Notes under the pieces: generated by a model
Database searches by the model: none
Told to the model about the DNA's origin: nothing
What the model saw: the letters and a program-made list of their open reading frames with translations, nothing else
Position numbers and translations under genes: made by a program
In this document: in pieces, positions 1-7,620 of the stretch
Numbering within the stretch: the stretch's first letter is position 1
Layout of the letters: the number at the start of each line of letters is the position of its first letter
IMG/VR virus record: IMGVR_UViG_3300021963_000022
Source of the DNA: a virus
Lineage: Duplodnaviria > Caudoviricetes
DNA length: 64,000 nt
Strand: one strand, 5' to 3'

Positions 1-232
1 ATCTACTTAGGTCGACAAACTTACTAGGGTCTTGTTTGTTCATCATTAACTCATATGCACCCACAACTGCTTGACCAGTACAACTTCCCAAATGACCTTG
101 ACTTTCAATAGGACTAGCCCATTTACGTAAGTCAACTACATCACGTAATGGTTCCCTTTTAAAGGTGTAAGGCAAGTCACGCCAATCGCTTGGGTCTTGC
201 CTTACACGGTACTTAGATTTAAGTACTAGCAT
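1..232 (-). CDS. Papain-like (C1A) cysteine peptidase, 5' part only (runs off window start)
   Basis: Manual translation from ATG at 232: MLVLKSKY...VDLRKWASPIESQGHLGSCTGQAVVGAYE; QGxxGSC is the C1A oxyanion/catalytic Cys motif. Confidence 0.8.
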   Translation of the reverse strand, partial: MLVLKSKYRVRQDPSDWRDLPYTFKREPLRDVVDLRKWASPIESQGHLGSCTGQAVVGAYELMMNKQDPSKFVDLSR

Positions 233-238
233 GTTTAA

Positions 239-583
239 TTAAATTATACGCCATTGTCCTGCACGGAAGACCACTGTTAAACTTGCGTTAGCAGTCAACT
301 GCTTGAAAGGGCTACCATCAATAGTTTCAGCACCAGTACCTTGCACGTTTACTTTACCAGTACCGTTGCCACGTTCTTCTTTAATGATATACTGTCTGCC
401 TGTTATACCTATGGGCAATGTAACAGTTACTAAACTAGTGCTATTTACTCCGATATATTCGTCTGTGGCTGTAGCAGTATAATTACTATACATCATGCAA
501 GAATTACAGCAGCCTGTATCCTCACAAAACTCAGCATCATATCTTAATACTAACTCTCTACTTTTACTTATTGACTGATTCAC
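239..583 (-). CDS. Small virion/tail-fibre-like beta-rich protein
   Basis: C-terminal YTATATDEYIGV...TVTLP...GRQYIIK...TIDG...LTVVF...W module typical of phage fibre-associated proteins; start uncertain (GTG). Confidence 0.45.
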   Translation of the reverse strand: MNQSISKSRELVLRYDAEFCEDTGCCNSCMMYSNYTATATDEYIGVNSTSLVTVTLPIGITGRQYIIKEERGNGTGKVNVQGTGAETIDGSPFKQLTANASLTVVFRAGQWRII

Positions 584-721
584 AATATTTTCCCATTAAT
601 TAGTAGTACTAGTACTACCGTATATACTTACAAAATTGATAATTAAATTATCGCACAATTGTCTTTTTACATAAAGATATTAGGTTAAGAACTTACAACA
701 TATATTACCACAGTGGATATG

Positions 722-756
722 GAAAAAGGTTAGAGTTTTTACACTCTAACCTTTAT
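722..756 (-). terminator. Rho-independent terminator after rpoZ
   Basis: 12-bp inverted repeat aaaggttagagt (725-736)/actctaaccttt (743-754) followed by a U-run on the minus strand. Confidence 0.7.
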
Positions 757-769
757 TAAAACTTATAAG

Positions 770-1003
770 TTATTTGTTTGGACGTAGATTTTCTCTAACT
801 CTTTTTAAGTATTCACGACCAACTAATCCTGCTTCAATTTCTTGTAATGCAGTTACAGTTGGACCTGCTTTAGTGTTAAGTGTAGAACGATGTCCACGTT
901 TCAATTCTCTTACCCTTTGTGAGGCAATGAGAACTAAATCGAATCGATTGCCGATCATACTGGCGGCTTCTTCACTTGAATATCTTGCTCTAGATTCTGA
1001 CAT
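770..1003 (-). CDS. rpoZ: RNA polymerase omega subunit homolog
   Basis: NRFDLVLIASQRVREL...TVTALQEIEAG matches the omega family signature (NRF.LV..A..RAR.L / .AL.EI..G), 77 aa. Confidence 0.85.
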   Translation of the reverse strand: MSESRARYSSEEAASMIGNRFDLVLIASQRVRELKRGHRSTLNTKAGPTVTALQEIEAGLVGREYLKRVRENLRPNK

Positions 1004-1005
1004 AT

Positions 1006-1542
1006 TTACCTTTTAATTCCATAAAAATACAAATCACAATGAGGTGAACCCACTTCAAATGTGTGCGAACTAAACATCTTATCAATGTCTAGGTTATCCC
1101 TGAAATCTTTTTCAGTTAGATTCTTGTAGTAGTCCCAACCTTTGTCTATAGTCAATGGACTATCGCTAGGTGATGTACGTGTAGTACCATGCTCGGGTCT
1201 ACCTGTTGTAGCACATGTCATAAATATCAATCCACCTGGCTTTGTCATACGATGCATGTTTACAAATGTTTCTACCCAATAAGGATTGTGTTCAAAACAT
1301 TCACAGCTACCCACTGTATCATATGTATTATCAGGATGATCTAAGGTTTGACCTTCACATACTAAATCAACATCTCTACCCTGTCCAACGTCAATACCTA
1401 AGTATTGGCAATGACTAAAAAACATTCGTATTGAGCCATTGATATTGAGACTACCTACTTCAAGTACATTGACATTAAAAAAATGTGTAGGGTACAGAAG
1501 TTTTAGTTTTTGTATATAGTTAAATTGTTGTTGATGTGCCAT
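1006..1542 (-). CDS. Class I SAM-dependent methyltransferase
   Basis: VLEVGS motif I, YLGID, FEH, LKPGG-like (TKPGGLI) motif. Confidence 0.8.
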   Translation of the reverse strand: MAHQQQFNYIQKLKLLYPTHFFNVNVLEVGSLNINGSIRMFFSHCQYLGIDVGQGRDVDLVCEGQTLDHPDNTYDTVGSCECFEHNPYWVETFVNMHRMTKPGGLIFMTCATTGRPEHGTTRTSPSDSPLTIDKGWDYYKNLTEKDFRDNLDIDKMFSSHTFEVGSPHCDLYFYGIKR

Positions 1543-1552
1543 TAAAATTCCT

Positions 1553-1628
1553 TGGAGCGGGCGAAGAGGCTCGAACTCTCGACATTTACCTTGGCAAGGT
1601 AATGCTCTACCAACTGAGCTACGCCCGC
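1553..1628 (-). tRNA. tRNA-Gly(GCC)
   Basis: Reverse complement folds as cloverleaf GCGGGCG...CTT GCC AAG...TTCGA...CGCCCGCTCCA. Confidence 0.95.
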
Positions 1629-1629
1629 A

Positions 1630-1779
1630 TTAACTTGGAATAACATGTGGTATATATGGTACATTACGTGGTCCATGTCGTTGTTCAAAAAGCTTTTTAG
1701 CTTCTTGTACGGTCGGTGCATACACACGATCTTTAGTATCACCTTGTGGTGTTCTAACTGTTGTTTCATACATTGGCAT
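1630..1779 (-). CDS. Small hypothetical protein (49 aa, MPMYETTVRTPQG...)
   Basis: Manual translation; fills the gap between two tRNAs exactly, unlike the track ORF 1542-1769 that reads through tRNA-Gly. Confidence 0.6.
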   Translation of the reverse strand: MPMYETTVRTPQGDTKDRVYAPTVQEAKKLFEQRHGPRNVPYIPHVIPS

Positions 1780-1793
1780 ATATTATTCCTATT

Positions 1794-1868
1794 TGGTACA
1801 TCGACACGGTTTCGAACCGCGGACCCTCTCCGTGTAAAGGAGACGCTCTACCCCTGAGCTATCGATGC
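1794..1868 (-). tRNA. tRNA-Val(TAC)
   Basis: Cloverleaf, loop TT TAC AC, T-loop TTCGAAA, 3' CCA. Confidence 0.93.
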
Positions 1869-1878
1869 CTTATTCTAT

Positions 1879-2058
1879 TTAACCACCCTGTGTGCTATCT
1901 TTAACTTTTGTTTCACTAACAATACGTTCAAATTCATCATCTTCGTTTTTGTGATCCTCAACAATTCTTGGATCAGGCTTACGAAAGATTAAGTCAAAGT
2001 TACTATCAAATGTCTTTAATGGGACACTAAATGGTCTTGGACTAGAACCCTTACTCAT
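1879..2058 (-). CDS. Small hypothetical protein (59 aa, MSKGSSPRPFSVPL...)
   Basis: Manual translation; ATG overlaps the upstream stop (ATGA coupling). Confidence 0.65.
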   Translation of the reverse strand: MSKGSSPRPFSVPLKTFDSNFDLIFRKPDPRIVEDHKNEDDEFERIVSETKVKDSTQGG

Positions 2059-2219
2059 TTGTTATTAGTCTTTCCAGAACCACGTGAATTACTTTGTTCA
2101 ATCACAGCAAAACTGCGAATGAATGCACCACGTTCATGTGCGTCACGAATTTTTGCCGCGGCACGTTTAACTGTCTTTGAAACTTTCACTGCTTTCGCAT
2201 CATATCCTCTGCATGTCAT
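2055..2219 (-). CDS. Small basic hypothetical protein (54 aa, MTCRGYDAKAVK...)
   Basis: Manual translation; AAGGA Shine-Dalgarno upstream. Confidence 0.6.
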   Translation of the reverse strand: MTCRGYDAKAVKVSKTVKRAAAKIRDAHERGAFIRSFAVIEQSNSRGSGKTNNK

Positions 2220-2241
2220 AATATTTCCTTTTTAATTAAAT

Positions 2242-2319
2242 TGGTCGGAATGGTGGGATTCGAACTCACGACCCTCTGCTCCCAAAGCAGATGCGCTAAC
2301 CAGACTGCGCTACACTCCG
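2242..2319 (-). tRNA. tRNA-Pro(TGG)
   Basis: Cloverleaf CGGAGTG..., loop TT TGG GA, 3' CCA. Confidence 0.95.
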
Positions 2320-2326
2320 AATATTC

Positions 2327-2647
2327 TTACCAGTAGTACCAGTGTGGCTTACGGCTCACACTAGGGTAATCAATGATATCCAAATCATTGATATCTACAT
2401 TCAATACAATTTTCTCCCACTGACGACCTTTTGCTCGTTGTGGTTGATTCATCATTTCACGAACCCACCACATGGGAGTGCTCATCCAGTGATACTCTGT
2501 ATCAACTTTTTTTTTCTTTTTTGTTAAAACCCCGGGGTATTGTAAATAGTCAATATACTTACGATTACCAATGAGGTAATATTTGTAATCCCAATCTTCT
2601 TCAGGGAATCTGAGTTTACTGGGACGATCTTTGTACGTTCTAGACAT
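2327..2647 (-). CDS. Hypothetical protein (106 aa, basic, Trp-rich)
   Basis: ORF with AGGAG SD between tRNAs. Confidence 0.7.
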   Translation of the reverse strand: MSRTYKDRPSKLRFPEEDWDYKYYLIGNRKYIDYLQYPGVLTKKKKKVDTEYHWMSTPMWWVREMMNQPQRAKGRQWEKIVLNVDINDLDIIDYPSVSRKPHWYYW

Positions 2648-2696
2648 AAAGTTCTCCTTATCTAAAATCGCATATTGACCTCGCTTTCTTAATGGT

Positions 2697-2771
2697 TGGT
2701 TGCGGGGGACGGATTCGCACCGCCGATCTTCAGCTTATGAGACTGATGAGTTACTACTTCTCCACCCCACG
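2697..2771 (-). tRNA. tRNA-Met(CAT), initiator-like, atypical
   Basis: C1:A72 mismatch, loop CT CAT AA, CCA; T-loop reads TGCGAAT and the anticodon stem lacks the three G:C pairs. Confidence 0.8.
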
Positions 2772-2794
2772 GTATATATTGTTATGATGTGAAT

Positions 2795-2971
2795 TTATGC
2801 TACAATAGGACGAAACTCAACCTTGAGTCCGTCTTCAACGTTGAAGTCTGATAGCAAACCGTTTGCTTTGGCAATATTTATTTCTTGCCAATAGTCTTTG
2901 GGTTGATAGCTATCACCCGTAACAGTTATTGTTTTATAAATTTTATCATTTATTAAAATTTTTACTCGCAT
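2795..2971 (-). CDS. Small hypothetical protein
   Basis: ORF; start placed at ATG 2971, 5 nt below a GATAAATA motif. Confidence 0.6.
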   Translation of the reverse strand: MRVKILINDKIYKTITVTGDSYQPKDYWQEINIAKANGLLSDFNVEDGLKVEFRPIVA

Positions 2972-2989
2972 AATACTATTTATCATATC

Positions 2990-3065
2990 TGGTGGAGGAT
3001 ACAGGGATCGAACCTGCGACCTATTGCTTGCAAAGCAACCGCTCTCCCAACTGAGCTAATCCCCC
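2990..3065 (-). tRNA. tRNA-Ala(TGC)
   Basis: GGGGGAT acceptor, loop TT TGC AA, CCA. Confidence 0.95.
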
Positions 3066-3070
3066 TAATT

Positions 3071-3155
3071 TGGTACGAGTGGCCGGAATCGAACCGGCAC
3101 ACCTTTCGGCGAGAGATTTTAAGTCTCTTGTGTCTACCTATTTCACCACACTCGC
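3071..3155 (-). tRNA. tRNA-Leu(TAA)
   Basis: Class II cloverleaf with variable arm, loop CT TAA AA, CCA. Confidence 0.95.
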
Positions 3156-3156
3156 A

Positions 3157-3321
3157 TTATCTCACAAATGCCTGAAAGTAATATGTAGTTGGGTTTAATG
3201 CATACCAACTACGAACCACACTGACACCACCTTGCGGTTGCCAGCCTTCAGACAATAATTCTGCTACTAGTTTATGAAATTCATCATAACTAGCATTTAT
3301 AACCTTATACTCTGTTATCAT
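3157..3321 (-). CDS. DUF1737-like small protein (54 aa)
   Basis: MITEYKVI...LVAELLSEGWQPQGGV resembles the YK.I...V...L..GW...GG pattern; upstream part of the track ORF is tRNA. Confidence 0.6.
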   Translation of the reverse strand: MITEYKVINASYDEFHKLVAELLSEGWQPQGGVSVVRSWYALNPTTYYFQAFVR

Positions 3322-3326
3322 AACTT

Positions 3327-3411
3327 TGGTGCTCCAGGTCGGACTCGAACCGACACGCCTTTCGGCACTGGCTTCTAAGACCAGCGTGGCTACCAATTAC
3401 ACCACCAGAGC
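3327..3411 (-). tRNA. tRNA-Leu(TAG)
   Basis: Class II cloverleaf, loop CT TAG AA, CCA. Confidence 0.95.
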
Positions 3412-3437
3412 AATTAAACTTTTTAAAGAACATACAT

Positions 3438-3466
3438 AGTATATAACAATAATCATATACTGTCAA
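3438..3466 (-). promoter_or_regulatory. sigma70-type promoter
   Basis: TTGACA-17 nt-TATACT upstream of tRNA-Leu(TAG). Confidence 0.8.
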
Positions 3467-3543
3467 ACATTTTGGGTTAGAAGAACTCAGACGTATAATA
3501 ATCATTTACCGGTTAGTTATCACAGAGGTCCAAGCCTTGTTAT

Positions 3544-3619
3544 TGGAGCGGGAGGCGAGAGTCGAACTCGTCTATTTCTGCTTGGAAGGCAGACGTGTAA
3601 CCAAAAACACTTCACCCGC
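3544..3619 (-). tRNA. tRNA-Gly(TCC)
   Basis: Cloverleaf GCGGG..., loop CT TCC AA, CCA. Confidence 0.9.
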
Positions 3620-4154
3620 GTTGATCCTTTTCTTGCCATTTTTTCTTAATAGCATCTGATATCTTTCTTTTATGTTCTTCTGACTTTGGTGGTCTTGATT
3701 TATATTTTGTACCTAATTTAGATTCTGAAATATTCATACGAACTTCATCGGTCATTTTAGGTGCTGTACCATTCTTACGTCTTGCAATCAAGACTTCTGA
3801 CAACCTATCTCTGGTTTCTTGACTATGGTGTTTACCTAACATCTTAGGCATACCCGACTTGTTTATATAATCGAAGCCACCAAAACCACCTCTACGAATA
3901 TTGTAAACATCTTCCCTTAATAGGAATTCATCATTTACAAGTTCTTTTTCCCTAGCAAACATTTCTTCTGCTGTATCAAAATATTCTAAAATATCTTTTT
4001 TAAAATTTTCAATTCCATATTTGTCTTTTGCATAATTTAAGATTTTACCGGATCCCATGTAACCATCATTTAAATTCTTAGTTTTATGAGTGCCTATATA
4101 AATTTTGTTGTCTAACAAATTAGTAATTTGGTATATGTAATAATAGTATTTCAT
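3612..4154 (-). mobile_element. GIY-YIG (Seg-like) homing endonuclease with NUMOD3-like repeats
   Basis: YIYQITN...KIYIG...GYMGSG...R...YN catalytic domain; HSQETRDRLS and KSEEHKRKIS repeats; stop codon lies inside tRNA-Gly(TCC). Confidence 0.88.
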
Positions 4155-4222
4155 ACATTTATTTATCAATAATGTGTAATCTGCTGTTTTACCACTATAC
4201 GAACCCCGCTCATAAATACTTT

Positions 4223-4387
4223 ATGCATACATATGACGCTATCACAGCTACGGGATTATTGATACACTTATCAATGACCGACGATGCTGTGTGTTACATC
4301 CTTGTACACAATTTACAATCCAATACAACTGTAATAAAATTTTTTACCAATATTGAACCGGCATTAGATTTTATTCATTCATTGTAA
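4223..4387 (+). CDS. Small hypothetical protein
   Basis: ORF antisense to the array; ATG 4 nt after CATAAATA. Confidence 0.55.
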   Translation: MHTYDAITATGLLIHLSMTDDAVCYILVHNLQSNTTVIKFFTNIEPALDFIHSL

Positions 4388-4389
4388 TT

Positions 4390-4466
4390 TGGTGCGCCCA
4401 CCTGGATTTGAACCAGGGACCAACGGCTTATGAGGCCGCTGCTACTAACCACTGAGCTATAAGCGC
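4390..4466 (-). tRNA. tRNA-Ile2(CAT), probable lysidine acceptor
   Basis: Loop CT CAT AA; D and T arm sequence (GCTCAGTGGTTAG..TTGGTC.CTGGTTCAA.TCCAG) resembles enterobacterial tRNA-Ile2. Confidence 0.8.
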
Positions 4467-4474
4467 ATGTTCTT

Positions 4475-4503
4475 ATTATATATCAATTAAGATATGTTGT
4501 CAA
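4475..4503 (-). promoter_or_regulatory. sigma70-type promoter (perfect consensus)
   Basis: TTGACA-17 nt-TATAAT. Confidence 0.88.
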
Positions 4504-4509
4504 TTTATT

Positions 4510-4602
4510 TGGTACCCCCGCCGAGAGTCGAACTCGGATGAACCAATTATCTGTTGCTTACGGGATATAAATCCGCCGTTTTAACCATTAAACTACAGGG
4601 GC
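4510..4602 (-). tRNA. tRNA-Ile(TAT) with long variable region
   Basis: GCCCCTG acceptor, loop TT TAT AT, ~22-nt variable region, CCGAG TTCGACT CTCGG T arm, ACCA. Confidence 0.8.
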
Positions 4603-4607
4603 AATTA

Positions 4608-5090
4608 TTACTTCATAGATTGTACAAATTCAGTAGAACCTATCGTATACCATGCACCATCTACTTGCCATCTTACGTTTGGTATCTTTCCTTGCAGGTA
4701 TTGCATTATAATATAAGACAATAGTTTTGAATCCATCTTTTGACCCATTTCTATAAGATTGAGAAAATAGTGTCCATGCTGTTCACTAACATTCATCAAT
4801 ACTTTAGATTGACTAGGTTTCATCCATTCAGGAAATATTTCTGGATGCATTAACCATGCACATTTATAAGATACGCAAGGATTTTCAGGTCTATCATTGT
4901 ATATTGTACAGCCATTACTACCTTTGTAATGGCAAGGCATTCCGTTAAAAAAATGGTGACCGTATGCTTCACCGCTTAACCAACCTTCACAACATGCGGT
5001 ACAACCATCACATTTTCTATCTATAACAGGTTTAGTTTTCTCTAAAGTGTTAGCATCAACTATGGGAATTGTTTTCTTTTTTTTAGACAT
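4608..5090 (-). CDS. YkgJ-like Cys-cluster (Zn/Fe-chelating) protein
   Basis: CDGCTACC...C...CTIYNDRP..PC..YKC pattern. Confidence 0.75.
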   Translation of the reverse strand: MSKKKKTIPIVDANTLEKTKPVIDRKCDGCTACCEGWLSGEAYGHHFFNGMPCHYKGSNGCTIYNDRPENPCVSYKCAWLMHPEIFPEWMKPSQSKVLMNVSEQHGHYFLNLIEMGQKMDSKLLSYIIMQYLQGKIPNVRWQVDGAWYTIGSTEFVQSMK

Positions 5091-5126
5091 GCATTATTTA
5101 TATAGTGCAAGCATGCCTGATAATTT

Positions 5127-5200
5127 TGGCATCCCCCCAAGGACTCGAACCTTGACTAACGGTTTTGGAGACCGGTATGCTGCCATTACATTAGGGAGAT
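5127..5200 (-). tRNA. tRNA-Trp(CCA)
   Basis: Loop CT CCA AA, G73, CCA. Confidence 0.92.
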
Positions 5201-5204
5201 AAGT

Positions 5205-5393
5205 TTATGATTTTGTATCTATGTTTTGACCTTTACTATGAGTAGGTTCTATTTCACCTACTATATTGTACAGATATTGTACAACTTCAATAATTTGTTT
5301 ATTAGTTACAGGATCATTTATATCTTTATATACAGTAAGTCTCTGTTGGTTATTAACCATGTCCCAAGCTGTAGATATACTTTGTACTATCAT
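5205..5393 (-). CDS. Small hypothetical protein
   Basis: ORF; TATAAATA 5 nt upstream of ATG. Confidence 0.6.
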   Translation of the reverse strand: MIVQSISTAWDMVNNQQRLTVYKDINDPVTNKQIIEVVQYLYNIVGEIEPTHSKGQNIDTKS

Positions 5394-5411
5394 ACAACTA
5401 TTTATATAATT

Positions 5412-5489
5412 TGGAGCATCGGGTCAGATTTGAACTGACGATTTTACGGATTTGCAATCCGTTGCATTTGACCACTCTGCCACCGATGC
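5412..5489 (-). tRNA. tRNA-Cys(GCA)
   Basis: Loop TT GCA AA, U73, CCA. Confidence 0.93.
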
Positions 5490-5490
5490 A

Positions 5491-5692
5491 TATTGCTCTG
5501 CATCCCCCGGCGGTAATTATAGAGTATCAAGATATGACGCTATCATACCCATCACACACTCCTTCCACCCGCTTCCCGACAGGGACCGTTCTCGCACTGC
5601 CAGCGGCCTTTCGGTTTAAAGACTACCACCCGTAGTTGTCACACTACTTCTCATCGTGTGGGTCACACTATCCGGAGACACCCGGAACGTTC
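5491..5692 (-). ncRNA. Candidate structured ncRNA (~200 nt)
   Basis: GC-enriched spacer with no credible ORF; hairpins TCCGG/CCGGA, GTAGT/ACTAC, CC-GAAA-GG, TCCC/GGGA. Confidence 0.55.
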
Positions 5693-5780
5693 TGGTGGAG
5701 AGTGTGGGATTCGAACCCACGCACCCATTTCTGGATGACAGATTAGCAATCTGCTGGTTTAACCACTCACCCAACTCTCC
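5693..5780 (-). tRNA. tRNA-Ser(GCT)
   Basis: Class II cloverleaf, loop TT GCT AA, CCA. Confidence 0.95.
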
Positions 5781-5787
5781 TAATACT

Positions 5788-5864
5788 TGGCGCACCGTAG
5801 GGGACTCGAACCCCTGACCCCCGCCGTGACAGGGCGGTGCGCTAACCAACTGCGCTAACGGTGC
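5788..5864 (-). tRNA. tRNA-Asp(GTC)
   Basis: Loop CT GTC AC, G73, CCA. Confidence 0.95.
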
Positions 5865-5937
5865 ATAAGTAGAATAGGACACCCCTTTGGCCTAGGTCGA
5901 TTAAGAGTACGCCTGCCCAGCGACTCTCCTATATTCT

Positions 5938-6022
5938 TGGTGGAGATTACTGGGATCGAACCAGTCGTGCCATAAGGCGGCGGATTTACAGTCCACTGCA
6001 TCACCATTGATGCTTCATCTCC
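5938..6022 (-). tRNA. tRNA-Tyr(GTA)
   Basis: Class II, loop CT GTA AA, CCA. Confidence 0.93.
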
Positions 6023-6026
6023 AAGA

Positions 6027-6340
6027 TGAGTTACGGTTGCAAGACCTAGTGTCTCATTACTGAGAGAAGTGTCAGGGCGATGTAACTCAAAAATTAGTAT
6101 AACATAGATGTGTATAATATTAGGGTTGTTGTATACATCTATGTTATGTATTAGTATAAGCTACTGGTTTCCATGCCAGCCCTTAATTGAGCGGTTACTC
6201 TGTCCATCTCTTTTATTCTAACGTCTGTGTGCAGAGAGATACTGCCTATCAGATTCAGAGTAATTAACTCGCTAACGGTCTTCTGCCACCGGATCTCTAT
6301 CATTAATCAAACGCTATTTTAACGAAAATAGTAACGGGAT
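6027..6340 (-). ncRNA. Candidate structured ncRNA segment(s) between tRNA-Glu and tRNA-Tyr
   Basis: IRs 6027-6034/6082-6089, 6099-6111/6135-6147, 6195-6202/6256-6263 plus inner hairpins; no ORF. Confidence 0.55.
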
Positions 6341-6344
6341 TCTT

Positions 6345-6419
6345 TGGAAGAGCATAGGAGAATCGAACTCCTCTTCTTAGGATGAAAACCTAATGTCCTA
6401 ACCGATAGACGAATGCTCC
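6345..6419 (-). tRNA. tRNA-Glu(TTC)
   Basis: Loop TT TTC AT, CCA. Confidence 0.92.
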
Positions 6420-6421
6420 AT

Positions 6422-6547
6422 GTTATTAGTTTTGCTGACGCACTATTTGCTATGCTCAACGGAATTGCCAGCTGGACGTACCGTTTATATACATAGTTAC
6501 TTAGAGTTGACGTTTACTCAATGGCTTACATCAGCAAAACTAATAAC
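6422..6547 (-). ncRNA. Candidate structured ncRNA closed by a 17-bp perfect helix
   Basis: gttattagttttgctga (6422-6438)/tcagcaaaactaataac (6531-6547) with inner stems CTATG/CATAG, ACGG/CCGT. Confidence 0.6.
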
Positions 6548-6549
6548 AC

Positions 6550-6798
6550 ACTATATGAAAACACACTATGGGAACTATTAAACAAATAATCAGTACCGTC
6601 TACTGATGCAATGTCATTCGTCATTACTGCCTAACTGCCCGTCACGTTAAACAATATTGCTATTGTCGGTACGCTTCTTGTACTCTATGCGAAGCCAGTC
6701 CGTCAACTGGTTATGCTTCCATAGAGTACCTAACGGATCAGGTAACCCTTAATATGTTTACATATAGTCCCTGTAACTTAAACAGGGCTATATGAAAA
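6550..6798 (-). ncRNA. Candidate multi-stem ncRNA (~220-250 nt)
   Basis: Closing helix 6550-6563/6755-6768; inner stems GTACTCTATG/CATAGAGTAC, CCAGT/ACTGG, TCAGTA/TACTGA; directly below two sigma70 promoters. Confidence 0.6.
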
Positions 6799-6855
6799 AT
6801 TAAATTTTAAAGAACTTTGTTGATTAGTGCGATGACTTTTTCAACTCATGCTATG

Positions 6856-6884
6856 ATTGTATCATAACTACCATTTATTGTCAA
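6856..6884 (-). promoter_or_regulatory. sigma70-type promoter
   Basis: TTGACA-17 nt-TACAAT. Confidence 0.8.
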
Positions 6885-6937
6885 ATTCTTTTTTGTGTCT
6901 CTGTTTCCAAGAACTTGTTCAATCAATCTATACATAG

Positions 6938-6966
6938 AGTATAGCAGATTGAGGATTTATTGTCAA
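6938..6966 (-). promoter_or_regulatory. sigma70-type promoter (tandem with 6856-6884)
   Basis: TTGACA-17 nt-TATACT; shares TTTGACAATAAAT with the 6856 and 10295 promoters. Confidence 0.8.
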
Positions 6967-7020
6967 ATTTACGATTTTAGTACTTAATACTACATAAAAT
7001 ACTTGATGATAAATATTCTT

Positions 7021-7620
7021 ATGGAACAACCTACCTTATATGATGAACTAAAATTACCCAAAAATTGTACGTCTGAAGAAATCAAACAAAAATACAAAAT
7101 TTTAGCACAATTACATCATCCTGATAAAGGAGGAGATGTGGAAAAGTTCAAACAAATTAAATTCGCATATGAAGTGTTGAGTGATCCAATTAAACGTAAA
7201 CACTATGATTCAACCGGCGATCATTACAATAATATTAACATCGACAGTGAAGTTATGGGCAGATTATCTGTTATGGTTTCACATTTTATTCAACATATTA
7301 ATCCAGAGTTTGATGATTTAATATTAAAAATGAAAATTGAGATCCGTGCATTACATCAACTGACAACAGATGCTATTGTAGAATGTAATGAATTAATCGC
7401 CAAATATAATATTATTTCTAACAAGATTAGATTAAAAAAAGAAGGCGAGAACTTACTAAAGTTGGTTGTTGATAAACAAGTATTAGGACTTCATAATGAA
7501 GTAATTAACCACAAAAGAGGTTTAATAGTTTTTTCTAGAATGTTAGAAGTATTAGACGATTACCACTACAGTAGTGATGAATGGCGATTACTACTAGAAA
7601 ATGTTGATGGTCCGGCGTAG
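7021..7620 (+). CDS. J-domain (DnaJ class C) co-chaperone
   Basis: LYDELKL...IKQKYKILAQLHHPDKGG...AYEVLSDP.KR..YD; HPD motif intact; helical C-terminus. Confidence 0.9.
   Translation: MEQPTLYDELKLPKNCTSEEIKQKYKILAQLHHPDKGGDVEKFKQIKFAYEVLSDPIKRKHYDSTGDHYNNINIDSEVMGRLSVMVSHFIQHINPEFDDLILKMKIEIRALHQLTTDAIVECNELIAKYNIISNKIRLKKEGENLLKLVVDKQVLGLHNEVINHKRGLIVFSRMLEVLDDYHYSSDEWRLLLENVDGPA

Noticed and set aside
1542-1769. Track ORF of 75 aa reading through tRNA-Gly
   Set aside because: Overlaps a clear tRNA; a better 49-aa ORF (1630-1779) in another frame fits the gap
5491-6798. tmRNA, RNase P RNA, hammerhead/twister/pistol ribozyme identities for the spacer RNAs
   Set aside because: Signature sequences (tmRNA GGGGC...TCCACCA ends, RNase P GAGGAAAGUCC, CUGANGA/GAAA etc.) were not found by eye
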